Assembly (NCBI GenBank): GCA_050010335.1
Contig: JBEKLF010000008.1
Location: 18,905-82,904 of the forward strand
DNA length: 64,000 nucleotides
Direction: 5' to 3'
Origin: Terriglobia bacterium
GTDB lineage: Bacteria > Acidobacteriota > Terriglobia > UBA7540
The position numbers and the translations under genes are program-made. The notes beneath the pieces are model-generated. The model ran no database searches. It saw only the letters and a program-made list of their open reading frames with translations, and had not been told where the DNA came from. Position 1 is the first letter of the stretch; every line of letters starts with the position of its first letter. Of the stretch, positions 44,146-54,392 are shown in pieces.

Positions 44146-45453
44146 ATGAATTCACGACGTAAGTTCCTACGAAATGCCGGGTTGGCGAGTGTTGCGAGTG
44201 TTGCGGCGCCGCTGATCGTTCCGGCCAGCGCGCTTGGTCTGGGGGGAGCCACGCCGCCGAGCGACCGCATATCCCTGGCCAGCATCGGCCTGGGCTGGAT
44301 GGGCTTCGATGGCCACCTTCAGGAATTTCTGAAATTGAAGGACGTGCGCATCGTCGCCGTGTGCGATTTGGACGAGGGCCACCTGACGCGGGGCAAGGCG
44401 CTGGTCGACGCCGAGTACGGCGACCAGGGTTGCACGCCTTATCATGCTTTCGAAGAGGTGTTGATGCGACGCGACGTGGACGCGGTCAGCATCGCGGTGC
44501 CCGACCACTGGCATGGCATTGTCGCCACCTCCGCCGCGCGCGCGAAGAAGGACATTTACTGTGAGAAGCCGCTCGCGCACAACCTCCGCGAGGGGCTCGC
44601 GATGGTGCAGGAGAGCGAGCGCCAGGGCCGCATCTGGCAGACGGGAAGTTGGCAGCGGTCGGTTGAGAACTTCCGCCAGGCCTGCCAAATCGTGCGGAAC
44701 GGCCGAATCGGCAAGATCACTGCCATCGAGGTTGGGTTGCCCTCGGGTTTTTACGAAGTGAAGGACAAGTCGAAACTCGAAATCACCACCCCGCCGCCGA
44801 CCCTGTTTTACGATCGTTGGCTCGGTCCCGCGGCCGAGATGCCCTACCGCGAAGCCTGCGTCCACATTAACTGGCGCTGGAACCTGAACTATGGTGGGGG
44901 CCAGTTGATGGATTGGATCGGCCACCACGTTGACATCGCTCACTGGGGAATGGGGTGGGACGCGACGGGTCCCGTCTCGGTGGAAGGCGTGGGCGAATAC
45001 CCGCCGCGCACCGATCCTTTCAACGCGGCCACGCGTTACAAAGTGCATGCCATTTATCCCGACGGCACGCCGATGACGATTGCGGGCGGCTATCCCGAAA
45101 TCAATGGTGGAACGAAATGGATCGGCGACAAGGGATGGGTCTGGGTCGACCGCGGCAAGATCGACGCCGAGCCCAAGTCGCTGCTGGTCGAACAAATCGG
45201 CGAGAGTGAAAGTAAACTCAAAGTCAGTCCGGGTCACTACCGCGAATTCATCGATTGCGTCCGCTCGCGCGAAAAGACGCTGACGCCGGCAACCGTGGCG
45301 CTGCATTCCGCCACGCCCGGCTGGCTGGGCCAGATCGCCATGCTCACCGGGCGCAAGATCCAGTGGGACCCGGAGAAAATGGAAATTGTCGGCGATGCCG
45401 AGGCGTCGAAGTTGCTCGGCCGCGAGATGCGCTCGCCGTACCGGCTGGGCTAA
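44146..45453 (+). CDS. Tat-signal Gfo/Idh/MocA family oxidoreductase
   Basis: MNSRRKFLRNAGLASVA signal. Rossmann IGLGWMG, EKPLAHN, and a glycoside-hydrolase-109-like C-terminal domain. Confidence 0.8.
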   Translation: MNSRRKFLRNAGLASVASVAAPLIVPASALGLGGATPPSDRISLASIGLGWMGFDGHLQEFLKLKDVRIVAVCDLDEGHLTRGKALVDAEYGDQGCTPYHAFEEVLMRRDVDAVSIAVPDHWHGIVATSAARAKKDIYCEKPLAHNLREGLAMVQESERQGRIWQTGSWQRSVENFRQACQIVRNGRIGKITAIEVGLPSGFYEVKDKSKLEITTPPPTLFYDRWLGPAAEMPYREACVHINWRWNLNYGGGQLMDWIGHHVDIAHWGMGWDATGPVSVEGVGEYPPRTDPFNAATRYKVHAIYPDGTPMTIAGGYPEINGGTKWIGDKGWVWVDRGKIDAEPKSLLVEQIGESESKLKVSPGHYREFIDCVRSREKTLTPATVALHSATPGWLGQIAMLTGRKIQWDPEKMEIVGDAEASKLLGREMRSPYRLG

Positions 45454-45456
45454 GAG

Positions 45457-45640
45457 CAGTGACCAGTGACGAGTGACGAGATAGGCAGTCCGAAGTGCGG
45501 AGTCCGAAGCAGTGAATTGCAAATCTCAAATTGCAAATTGAGCGTCGCAAATCGACGATCGAAATTCGAAGATCGAGAAGGCCAAATCAGCAATCACAAA
45601 TCACCAATCACCAATCACCAATCGGCAATTCCCCAATGGC
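45457..45640. repeat. Chain of at least five different periodic words
   Basis: gtgaccagtgacgagtgacgag; agtccgaagtgcggagtccgaag; aattgcaaatctcaaattgcaaattg; caaatcgacgatcgaaattcgaagatcga; aatcacaaatcaccaatcaccaatcaccaatcggcaat. Confidence 0.8.
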
Positions 45641-45840
45641 CCGTTGACCCGATGACCCGATTTCGGTAGTGGTACAGTTTGAATCGGAATTATGCCTTTG
45701 ACGGACCCAAAGATTTAGGATAACCATGAAGATATTTAGCGTCTGGTAAGAATATCGTCTGCGCAGAGCCAAGAATTTCCAGGCCACCAAATAGCAACGA
45801 AAGGCATCAGATATGACAATAAGTCCGGAAGGTGGCGGAG

Positions 45841-46134
45841 ATGGTAGTTAAATGCGATCACTGCCGTATGAAATTCGAAGTTGTAGACCCAGTGCGCCTG
45901 AGTACGATGGCAAAGGTCAAGAGGATGGTTCCCTGCGCTGAATGCGGAGAAATAAACTACGTTTTATGGCCAAAGGATTTGCATCCAGTGCCGAGAAAAC
46001 ATCCGGCGGAAATGATCTACGAATACAAGAAGGCAAGGAACTTTAATCTTAAATACCTAAGAGCAACAGCCTTCGCCATCATCGCGTTACTGCTTGCTCT
46101 CTTCGTTTGGATTAAACCGTTCACTCTAAAATAG
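45841..46134 (+). CDS. Hypothetical Zn-ribbon protein with C-terminal TM helix
   Basis: CDHC..CAEC pairs and a terminal hydrophobic helix. Lies in an A+T-rich patch. Confidence 0.4.
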   Translation: MVVKCDHCRMKFEVVDPVRLSTMAKVKRMVPCAECGEINYVLWPKDLHPVPRKHPAEMIYEYKKARNFNLKYLRATAFAIIALLLALFVWIKPFTLK

Positions 46135-46138
46135 TCCG

Positions 46139-46450
46139 CTAAATAAGGCCATAAATGCGTGCTGGCAAGAACTCAAGTCCCGCAAAGATCCAATGGCTGT
46201 ACTCATCTTCTCTCGCCCAAACCACGCGACTAGGGATGGCATGAGGGAATTTCCCCTCGGCAGTATATCCCACCCACTCTCCTGGAACTAGCGCAAGCGT
46301 GGTTCGGACACCCACCCCGTCCATAGAAATGTCAGTAGTAATCGCTGAGTCGTCCGCCTTGAGGTTTTCGGCCTCCAGCACGAGCCTAATTAGGATCGTT
46401 GCTGGTCGGCGCTCTGACCGACGGGGAACGGAGGGAATATTCGTTGGCAT
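46139..46450 (-). CDS. PilZ-domain protein
   Basis: RRSERR and DISMDGVGV motifs. Confidence 0.65.
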   Translation of the reverse strand: MPTNIPSVPRRSERRPATILIRLVLEAENLKADDSAITTDISMDGVGVRTTLALVPGEWVGYTAEGKFPHAIPSRVVWAREDEYSHWIFAGLEFLPARIYGLI

Positions 46451-46648
46451 CGGCAACCCCTCCCACTTTGATAACAGCACCACTTACGGATCTATGTTAT
46501 CCATCGAATGGGATTTCGTCAAATCGGTTTGTGTGGCCGATTTCCCCCAAATTGACACCTGTAGGGCTGTGTGCTAGGTTGGAATTCAGGGTATTGGGCG
46601 CGCAGGCTTCGCAACCGCGCGCGCCCGGGACGAGGTGGGCTTACCAAG

Positions 46649-48103
46649 ATGGGCAATACGGATCGATTCTTTTTCGACCGCTTTGGACTGACGGAGGCGA
46701 ATCTCTCGCAGTATCTGGGGGCGGCGCTTTCCGAGGGCGGCGAGTACGCGGACCTCTACTTCGAGCACACGACCAATTCTTCATTGCTCGTTGACGAGTC
46801 GCTGGTAAAGACCGCGACTGAAGGGATCATGATGGGCTGTGGTGTTCGCGTGGTGGCGGGGGAGCAGACCGGCTACGCCTACACGGACGACCTGGCCCCG
46901 GAAAAGATCATGAAGGCCGCGAAAATTGCGGGGCGCATTGCCAGTGGCCCGGCGCGCGTTTCGACTGTGGGCTTGAGCGCGCTCGACGCCCATCACGATT
47001 TCTATCCCGTGGCCCTGCCCTCTACGGACCGCGACTTGTCCGACAAGCTTGAGCTGGTGGTGCGGGCGGACGTTGCCGCCCGCGCTTCCGACCCGCGCAT
47101 CAAGCAGGTGCGCGCGACTTACGGCGACCAGATTCGCCACGTGCTGATCGCCGGCTCGGACGGCCGCGTGGTGACGGATTTCCAGCCGCTCGTGCGCCTC
47201 AACGTTTTCACCATTGCCCAGGATGGCAACAACCTTCAATCCGGTTCGGCTGGTGGCGGCGGGCGCGTGGGGTTGGAATTCTTTTCCGGTGAACGGGGGC
47301 CGGAACACTTCGCGAAAGAAGCGGCGCGGCAGGCGATTGTTCAGCTCGAAGCGCGCGAAGCTCCGGCGGGCGAGATGGAAGTGGTCCTGGGCCCGGGATG
47401 GCCCGGCATTCTGCTGCACGAAGCCATCGGCCATGGCTTGGAAGCGGATTTCAACCGCAAGGGCATTTCGGCTTTCAGCGGCAAGATGGGGCAGCGCGTG
47501 GCCTCCGACATTTGCACGGTGGTGGATGACGGCACCATTCCGGCGCGACGCGGATCGCTGAATGTGGATGATGAAGGCGAGCCCACGCAAAAAACCGTGC
47601 TGATCGAGAACGGTATCCTGCGCGCTTATTTGCAGGACAAGCTGAGCTCCGACATCCTCAAGACCACGCGGACGGGCAATGGGCGGCGGGAAAGTTACGA
47701 GCACATTCCCATGCCGCGCATGACCAACACTTACATGCTGGCGGGCACGGACGCTCCTGAAGATATCATTCGGTCGGTCAAACGCGGGTTGTACGCGTCC
47801 AATTTCGGCGGCGGGCAAGTGGATATTACCAACGGCAAGTTTGTGTTTTCGGCGTCAGAAGCCTACCTGATTGAGGATGGACGGCTGACGGCCCCGGTGA
47901 AGGGGGCCACTCTGATCGGTGACGGCCCGACGGTGCTCACTCGCGTCACCGCCGTGGGCAACGATCTGAAGCTCGACCCGGGAGTCGGCACCTGCGGTAA
48001 GGACGGCCAAAGCGTTCCGGTGGGAGTGGGAATTCCCACCATCAAAGTCAGCAGTCTGACTGTGGGGGGCACAGCGCCGCGGGGCGGACAATCGTTTGCT
48101 TAA
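46649..48103 (+). CDS. tldD: Metalloprotease TldD
   Basis: HEAIGHGLEADFN motif and full-length family resemblance. Confidence 0.9.
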   Translation: MGNTDRFFFDRFGLTEANLSQYLGAALSEGGEYADLYFEHTTNSSLLVDESLVKTATEGIMMGCGVRVVAGEQTGYAYTDDLAPEKIMKAAKIAGRIASGPARVSTVGLSALDAHHDFYPVALPSTDRDLSDKLELVVRADVAARASDPRIKQVRATYGDQIRHVLIAGSDGRVVTDFQPLVRLNVFTIAQDGNNLQSGSAGGGGRVGLEFFSGERGPEHFAKEAARQAIVQLEAREAPAGEMEVVLGPGWPGILLHEAIGHGLEADFNRKGISAFSGKMGQRVASDICTVVDDGTIPARRGSLNVDDEGEPTQKTVLIENGILRAYLQDKLSSDILKTTRTGNGRRESYEHIPMPRMTNTYMLAGTDAPEDIIRSVKRGLYASNFGGGQVDITNGKFVFSASEAYLIEDGRLTAPVKGATLIGDGPTVLTRVTAVGNDLKLDPGVGTCGKDGQSVPVGVGIPTIKVSSLTVGGTAPRGGQSFA

Positions 48104-48188
48104 AGGATTTAGGATTTAGGAGCTAGGATTTAGGACTCGGCAGGCGCCGCCCGCGCCCCTAAATCCAAGATCCTGGCTCCCAAATCCT
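48104..48188. repeat. Word-armed imperfect palindrome (GGATTTA words)
   Basis: Arms 48104-48134 and 48158-48188 around the G+C-rich centre ctcggcaggcgccgcccgcgcc. Confidence 0.7.
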
Positions 48189-48198
48189 GCCACTACTT

Positions 48199-49545
48199 AT
48201 GGAACAACAACTGGAACAAATTGCCGTGGAAGTGGTGAACCGAGCCTTGCGCGGGGGCGCGACGGCGGCGGACGTAATCGTCCATGAGGCGGATGAATTC
48301 TCCACGGCGTTGCGGCTTGGCCAAATTGAGAAGCTGAAGGAGGCTGCCTCCAAGGCCCTGGGATTGCGCATTTTCCGGGGTATAAGGAGCGCATCGTCCT
48401 TTTCCAGCGATTTTTCCGCGTCCTCTCTGGAGCGACTGGTGGAGCGCACACTCGCCATGGCGCGGGTTACTTCCGAAGACCCCGCCAGTGGCCTGCCGGA
48501 CGCGGCGTTGCTCGGCCGATACGAAGGCGATTTGGGACTTTATTCCGAAGACGTGGCCGAACTTTCCACCGAAGAACGTATTGATTACGCCCGGCGCGCG
48601 GAGCAGGCCGCGCTCAGCGCCGACCCCCGCATCAAGAATTCCGAGGGGGCGTGGTTTGAAGCCAGCGTGGGGCGTAGGGCGTATGCCAACTCGCTGGGGT
48701 TCGTGGGGAGTTACCGGTCGTCGTACTGCGCGGGCTCCGTCGCTCCGGTGGCGGAGGATGGCGGCATGCAACGCGATTATTGGTATTCCGTGTCGCGCCG
48801 GCGTAGCGCACTCGAAAGCCCCGAGGCGGTCGGACGCAAAGCCGCTGAGCGCGTGTTGCGCAAACTCGGCGGGCGCAAAATGGCGACATGCCAAGTGCCG
48901 GTCATTTTCGATCCGGAAACCGCGCCATCACTGGTCGGTCACATTTTTGAGGCGGTGCGCGGCGACGCCATCTATCGCAGTGCCTCGTTCTTAACCGGGA
49001 AGCTGAACCAGAGAGTGGCCAACGAGCGCGTGACCGTCCTTGACGACGGCCTGCGCGCGGGCGGATTTGGCACGCGTCCTTTCGACGGGGAGGGGATTCC
49101 CGCTTCCGTGACCCCCGTCATTGAAAAGGGCGTGCTTAGCAATTACCTGTTAAACTGCTACACGGCGCGCAAACTGAACATGCGGACCACCGGAAACGCC
49201 TCGCGGGGCGTCTCCGGACCGCCCAATGTGGGGCCGAAGAACTTCTACCTAGCGCCCGGCCCGCATACCGCCGAGGAAATTCGCAGATCCGTGAAATCGG
49301 GCTTCTATGTAACCGACCTTATCGGCTTCGGTGTGAATATTGTGACGGGTGATTATTCCCGCGGGGCGGCGGGGATGTGGATTGAAAACGGGGAGTTTGC
49401 TTATCCGGTGGAAGAGGTTACCATCGCGGGGAATCTGGCGGAAATGCTGAACCACATCGAGATGGTAGGTTCTGATTTGGAATTTCGCAGCGCCATCGCT
49501 GCGCCGACCTTACTGATTTCCGGCCTGACGGTGGCTGGAACCTGA
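48199..49545 (+). CDS. pmbA: Metalloprotease PmbA/TldE
   Basis: 448 aa, TldD/PmbA family, immediately downstream of tldD. Confidence 0.85.
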   Translation: MEQQLEQIAVEVVNRALRGGATAADVIVHEADEFSTALRLGQIEKLKEAASKALGLRIFRGIRSASSFSSDFSASSLERLVERTLAMARVTSEDPASGLPDAALLGRYEGDLGLYSEDVAELSTEERIDYARRAEQAALSADPRIKNSEGAWFEASVGRRAYANSLGFVGSYRSSYCAGSVAPVAEDGGMQRDYWYSVSRRRSALESPEAVGRKAAERVLRKLGGRKMATCQVPVIFDPETAPSLVGHIFEAVRGDAIYRSASFLTGKLNQRVANERVTVLDDGLRAGGFGTRPFDGEGIPASVTPVIEKGVLSNYLLNCYTARKLNMRTTGNASRGVSGPPNVGPKNFYLAPGPHTAEEIRRSVKSGFYVTDLIGFGVNIVTGDYSRGAAGMWIENGEFAYPVEEVTIAGNLAEMLNHIEMVGSDLEFRSAIAAPTLLISGLTVAGT

Positions 49546-50031
49546 TTGATAACCATGCCTAGGAACGATCACGGTATTTCAACAGCAATCATTATTTTAA
49601 TTGTGTCGATAGTCCTGGCGGGAATCGTTGCCTTTTTTGTACTCCTGCAACATCGCGCGGCAGGCGGTGCAACCTCGGACCATGCGGTGCGGTTGGCCCA
49701 GAGCGCTGAGCAAAAGGCTTATCTGGGCTCGCTGGTTTTCACCGATCTGCGCATGAGCGCCGCCGCCAATTTCCTCGGGGGCACGGTCACTTACCTGGAT
49801 GGCAGCGTCACCAACACCGGTGCGAAGCCGGTTCGACGCCTCGATGTGGAACTGAATTTCGTGGATACTCTCAACCAGGTGGTGCTGCGCGAAGATGCTC
49901 ATCCCCTCGCGAAGCGCGCCACGCCCTTGCAGCCGGGCGAAACCCAAGCCTTTCGCGTGACCTTCGAGCACATGCCGATGGATTGGAATCAGGCGCCCCC
50001 GTCGGCAAAAGCTGTCTACGTGGAATTCTGA
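49546..50031 (+). CDS. Hypothetical membrane-anchored protein
   Basis: One TM helix followed by a beta-sandwich-like domain. TTG 49546 or ATG 49555. Confidence 0.5.
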   Translation: MITMPRNDHGISTAIIILIVSIVLAGIVAFFVLLQHRAAGGATSDHAVRLAQSAEQKAYLGSLVFTDLRMSAAANFLGGTVTYLDGSVTNTGAKPVRRLDVELNFVDTLNQVVLREDAHPLAKRATPLQPGETQAFRVTFEHMPMDWNQAPPSAKAVYVEF

Positions 50032-50120
50032 GTCGGTAGACGGCATACGGTAGACGGTAGACAGGGACCGGCGCTCGACACCTCTGCCCCGTATTCCGTC
50101 TACCGTCTACTGTCTACCGC
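50032..50120. repeat. Word-armed palindrome (GTAGACG words) between convergent genes
   Basis: gtcggtagacggcatacggtagacggtagacaggg pairs with ccccgtattccgtctaccgtctactgtctaccgc. Confidence 0.75.
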
Positions 50121-50122
50121 TC

Positions 50123-50869
50123 TTACCGCCCCAATTCCAGCCGGCGGTAAAGGGGCGGCGGCAGTCCGGCTTTCTCCATCTTGCCCTGGGTTTGGGCCAC
50201 GTTGTAAGGGGTGCGGTAATACTCCACCACTTTCCCGTCCGTGTCGAGAATGGCAAACCCGGCGCGCCAGTCGTGGTCGCGCGGCTGGCCCACGGAGCCG
50301 GGATTGATCAGATAGCGCGCGCCGTCTTCGAGCGGGAGAGTTAAAGTCAACCCATCGGGGGTGCCTGGAATACGGATGGATTGAAAACGCCCGGCCTCGG
50401 ACATCATGAAGCCGCCTTGCAGGTGCGTATGGCCAAAGCAGACAAGTTGAGCCTCCGGACCGCGCAGCAGGGGAAGGGCTTGTCCAGGCCCCAGAATGTA
50501 CTCGTCCTCATCGTTGGGTGACCCGTGCACGATAATGAATCCGTCCATCACCGCCGGACCCATGGGAAGGGCGCGAAGGTACTCGAGGTGGTTGGGCGTC
50601 AGATTTTCTTGCGTCCACATGGTGGCCATGCGGGCGTAGGGATTGAATTCCTTGGCGTCGTCGATCCCGCAACAGGCCTTGTCGTGGTTGCCGCGGATGA
50701 CCGGCTTGCAAAGATTTCGAACTTTCTCAATGACCTCGTTGGGATTCGGGCCATAGCCCACGAGGTCGCCCATGCAAACCGCCTTATCGTATCTGCCTGC
50801 GGCGATTTCAAGACATGTGTAGAGAGCTTCGAGATTGGAATGGACGTCGCTGAGTAGTAGGTAGCGCAT
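50123..50869 (-). CDS. Metallophosphoesterase family protein
   Basis: LLSDVHSN, GDLVGYGPNP, GNHD and GHTH motifs. Confidence 0.8.
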   Translation of the reverse strand: MRYLLLSDVHSNLEALYTCLEIAAGRYDKAVCMGDLVGYGPNPNEVIEKVRNLCKPVIRGNHDKACCGIDDAKEFNPYARMATMWTQENLTPNHLEYLRALPMGPAVMDGFIIVHGSPNDEDEYILGPGQALPLLRGPEAQLVCFGHTHLQGGFMMSEAGRFQSIRIPGTPDGLTLTLPLEDGARYLINPGSVGQPRDHDWRAGFAILDTDGKVVEYYRTPYNVAQTQGKMEKAGLPPPLYRRLELGR

Positions 50870-51725
50870 AGGAGTTGTGAGATTGTTGGATTATAAACTA
50901 GAAGGCCTCGTCAAGCGCGCAAATTTCGCTTTGGGCGGAGCGAACGATCGAACGGCCGCCGGATTACAGGGACAAAGCAGGTCGGCGTCGTGGCTTCTCT
51001 GCCTTGACCTCAATCTCGACTTGTCAGACGCAGGGCGATTCCTATGATGATGCCGGTGGGCACGCTTACGGCTAGAAACCAACGGGCCCGGGGAAGCGAA
51101 ACCAGCGCGATGATGACGACTCCAACCGTGAAGAGAGCCCCGCCCAGCCCTTAACCGAAATCTTGTGCATTGATGACGAATCCTCGCCAAATTGCTTTCA
51201 GCCTCCCCATTATTTTCTCGGCACCTTGGGTGTAGTAATTGGGTTGTTCGCGGTGATTGTTAGCACCGGCTTTAAAGGGAGCCACTCGGCTGAAAAGTTT
51301 GCTTTCGGGCACACCAAGGTGAGTGCGGAAAGTGCGAGTGAGATTTCCCGGCACTCCGAGACCGGCAGGTCCCAAAAAAAATATCTACTCAAAAAGATAC
51401 CCTCCGGCGCCGTCAACAAGAATGTCCACCACGAAGGGCAAGGTGATCCCGCGCACAACGTAGGCTGCTTGGCCGAAAGCCGGACTCCCTCATGGGGGCT
51501 CATTATGCGGCTCGGTCGTGGGCTGCTCAGCGCTGTACCCAGTTAGACCTACGTTCCAGGGGTGAGCTTGAGCAAATTGGCGCCGACCGAATTTTCCTGC
51601 GAAATCCTTCGGCCGGGCAAGGAAAACCTTTCGAGAATGTCTGAGCGGGTCACGAGCCGACTGTTCTATATAGCCGGCCAACTGCCACGTTATGTGGTAG
51701 ATTGGCGCAAGAGAGGAGGAGGGAA

Positions 51726-54284
51726 ATGTGGGTATGGGATACCGTCGAAACGCTCTGGCAGGACCTCAGCTACGGCCTGCGCATACTGGCGAAAAATCCC
51801 AGCTTCGCGGCCGTGGCAGTTTTATCTTTGGCGCTGGGTATTGGGGCAAACACGGCTATTTTCAGCCTGGTCGATCAACTATTGCTGTGGTCCATTCCGG
51901 GTCGGGAGCCGAGCCGGATTGTGATGCTGGAGGGCGGCCGAAGCGGGAGTTACGCCTTCTACTGCGCATACCGCGACCACAACGAGGTTTTCTCCGGCGT
52001 GTTCGCGAGCAGCCGCAATCTTGCTTCCGGCATCCGCCCGGAAGGCGCGCCCGCGGTGGAGGTCGGCCACGTCCAGTACGTGAGTGGCAATTATTTTCAA
52101 GGGTTGGGTATTGGATCCGCTATTGGCCGAGTGATTGGGCCGTCTGACGATACTGTCCCGGGAGGGTCGCCCGTTGCCGTCCTTTCGTACGGCTACTGGC
52201 AACGGCGCTTCGCTGGGGATTTGAAGGTCATCGGTCGAAAGCTCGCTCTAAACGGTTATCCACTCGAAATCGCCGGCGTTACGGAAAAGGGTTTCGGCGG
52301 CGTCTTCAATGGTGAACAGGCTGATGCCTTCATCCCTTTGACAATGTTCCCAGTAACCACGCCCTCGGCCGCGCCCGTTTGGAATACCGCCCAGATGTAC
52401 TGGCTCACCACATTGGCCCGGTTGAAGCCGGGAATCTCCATGCAGCAAGCTCAAGCCGGGATGAGCGTGCTATGGGCACAGGCTGTGGAAGCGGTTAATG
52501 AGGCGAGGGTCAAGGCCGGTGGCAAGCCCCGGAAATTCCGGGAGGATCCAATCAAATTGCTCTCCGGCGCAGGGACCGCGTCCGCTGCCCTGCGTGGAAA
52601 CGAAATGGCTGACCCCCTGGCGGCGCTGGCGCTGGCCACGGTGCTGGTGCTGCTGATTGCCTGCGCCAACGTTGCCAACTTATTGCTCTCCCGCGCCACC
52701 GAGCGTGGCAGGGAGATTGCCGTGCGTCTGGCGGTCGGCGCCACCCGCGCGCGCCTGATTCGGCAACTGCTGAGTGAGAGCCTTCTCCTGGCGATTGCCG
52801 GCGGAATTCTGGGCATGGGGTTTGCCTACTTTGGAGTGTCAGCTCTCGCAAAAATAGACATCCTCGATCCGGAGTTCCATTTTCGTCCCAGCCCCTGGGT
52901 GTTGGGAATCTCTGCGGCCATTACCATAATTACCGCCATTCTGTTTGGACTTGCCCCCGCGCTTCAAGCCACGCGGATCGCGCTGGCCGAAAGCATGAAG
53001 CAGAGCAGTGCAGGCACCCAAGGCGCTTCCCGGTTCCGACTTAGCCGTGCTCTGGTAGCGGGCCAGGTTGCCCTATCATTGACCCTGCTGGTGAGTGCGA
53101 GTCTTTTCATCCGCACCTTGCGGAACCTTCAGAAGGCAAACATCGGCTTCGAGCGGGAGAACATTGCGGTGTTTGATATCGACCCGACCAACCTTGGTTA
53201 CAAAGGGGAGCGGCTGCGCGCGTTTTACGACCAACTGTTGGAGCGTGCGCGTGCAACCGCGGGCGTTCGATCCGCGGCCTTATCGTCCACCACGCCGTTC
53301 GGTTCCTGGATGTTCTCATCAACATACTCTGCGGAGGGATACCAGCCCACACTGGGGGAAAGGCCCGTCGTGTTCGTGAATTCGGTCACATCGGGGTACT
53401 TCCCTACGCTGGGGGCATCACTCATACTGGGCCGTGATTTCGTGCCGAACGATGAGCCGGCCGTGACGCCGGGTGAAAGCCTGCTGGCGGCAATGGGCCG
53501 GGCGAGCGGCGGCAGCAACGAATCTCGCGCCAGTGCGTCCCGCGTGTGCATTATTGATGAAGCGTTATCCCGCCATCTGTTTGGCGGCGCCAATCCACTG
53601 GGCCGCCATCTGAGCTTCGAGGACAAATATTCGCCGGCCAAAGCCCTTGAAATTGTCGGCGTGGTCCGAGATATCCATTACAGCAGCATCCGGAAACCAG
53701 AGGAGGTTGGCACCATCTATCAACCCAGTTGGTCAGACGGGCCGGGAGTGCGCTGGCTCGAAGTGCGGTTCACAGGAAGTGCCGCCCCGACGATCGCCGG
53801 GATCCGCACGGCCTTGCGCGACATGGACCCGAATGTGCCGGTGCTGCGCGTCCGCATGATGCAGGAATCCCTGAATGATGCCCTGACGCGGGAGCGCTTG
53901 ATCGCCTTCCTTTCGGGCCTGTTTGGAGTTCTTGCGCTCGGCCTCGCCACCGTCGGGTTATACGGTGTGATGGCTTATGCCGTGCGGCGCAGAACGCGGG
54001 AGTTGGGCATTCGGATGGCGCTAGGGGCGCAGCGAGGCGACGTAATCGGCATGGTCCTGCGTGAAGCGCTGGTTCCTTTGCTGATTGGGGTGGCCATTGG
54101 CGCAGGCAGCGTTCTGGCATTGACTCGCCTGGTTGCCAATCAACTATATGGAGTTGCCCCTGGCGATCGCGCTTCGATAATCATGGCCATAGCGGCGGTA
54201 TTCGCTGCGAGCATGGCTGCCGCGACCGCCCCCGCCTGCCGGGCAACGAAGGTGGATCCCATGGTGGCATTGCGGTACGAATGA
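51726..54284 (+). CDS. ADOP-family duplicated FtsX/MacB-like ABC permease
   Basis: N-terminal WQDLSYGLRILAKNPSFAAVAVLSLALGIGANTAIF and two FtsX modules. RBS GAGGAGGAGGG before ATG 51726. Confidence 0.85.
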   Translation: MWVWDTVETLWQDLSYGLRILAKNPSFAAVAVLSLALGIGANTAIFSLVDQLLLWSIPGREPSRIVMLEGGRSGSYAFYCAYRDHNEVFSGVFASSRNLASGIRPEGAPAVEVGHVQYVSGNYFQGLGIGSAIGRVIGPSDDTVPGGSPVAVLSYGYWQRRFAGDLKVIGRKLALNGYPLEIAGVTEKGFGGVFNGEQADAFIPLTMFPVTTPSAAPVWNTAQMYWLTTLARLKPGISMQQAQAGMSVLWAQAVEAVNEARVKAGGKPRKFREDPIKLLSGAGTASAALRGNEMADPLAALALATVLVLLIACANVANLLLSRATERGREIAVRLAVGATRARLIRQLLSESLLLAIAGGILGMGFAYFGVSALAKIDILDPEFHFRPSPWVLGISAAITIITAILFGLAPALQATRIALAESMKQSSAGTQGASRFRLSRALVAGQVALSLTLLVSASLFIRTLRNLQKANIGFERENIAVFDIDPTNLGYKGERLRAFYDQLLERARATAGVRSAALSSTTPFGSWMFSSTYSAEGYQPTLGERPVVFVNSVTSGYFPTLGASLILGRDFVPNDEPAVTPGESLLAAMGRASGGSNESRASASRVCIIDEALSRHLFGGANPLGRHLSFEDKYSPAKALEIVGVVRDIHYSSIRKPEEVGTIYQPSWSDGPGVRWLEVRFTGSAAPTIAGIRTALRDMDPNVPVLRVRMMQESLNDALTRERLIAFLSGLFGVLALGLATVGLYGVMAYAVRRRTRELGIRMALGAQRGDVIGMVLREALVPLLIGVAIGAGSVLALTRLVANQLYGVAPGDRASIIMAIAAVFAASMAAATAPACRATKVDPMVALRYE

Positions 54285-54320
54285 TGATTTTCAAGCTTGC
54301 GGTGAGGAAACGGTGGTGAG

Positions 54321-54392
54321 GAAACGGTGTCAGGAACCTTTTTTCTTCTCTTCTTCGCTTATTAGAAGGAAAAGGGTACCTGACACCGTCTC
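54321..54392. repeat. REP-like hairpin with GGTACC-motif arms
   Basis: gaaacggtgtcaggaaccttttttcttc pairs with gaaggaaaagggtacctgacaccgtctc. Preceded by the tandem gtgaggaaacggtg x2. Confidence 0.75.

Noticed and set aside
44167-45522. 451-aa ORF on the - strand
   Set aside because: It is antisense to the Gfo/Idh/MocA oxidoreductase and is an Arg-rich shadow frame.
46781-47818. 345-aa ORF on the - strand
   Set aside because: It is antisense to tldD.
51010-51375. Stop-codon read-through or recoded small membrane protein across TAA 51151
   Set aside because: The downstream hydrophobic segment is in frame, but there is no SD, no conserved context and no usable start after the stop. A decayed gene is the simpler reading.
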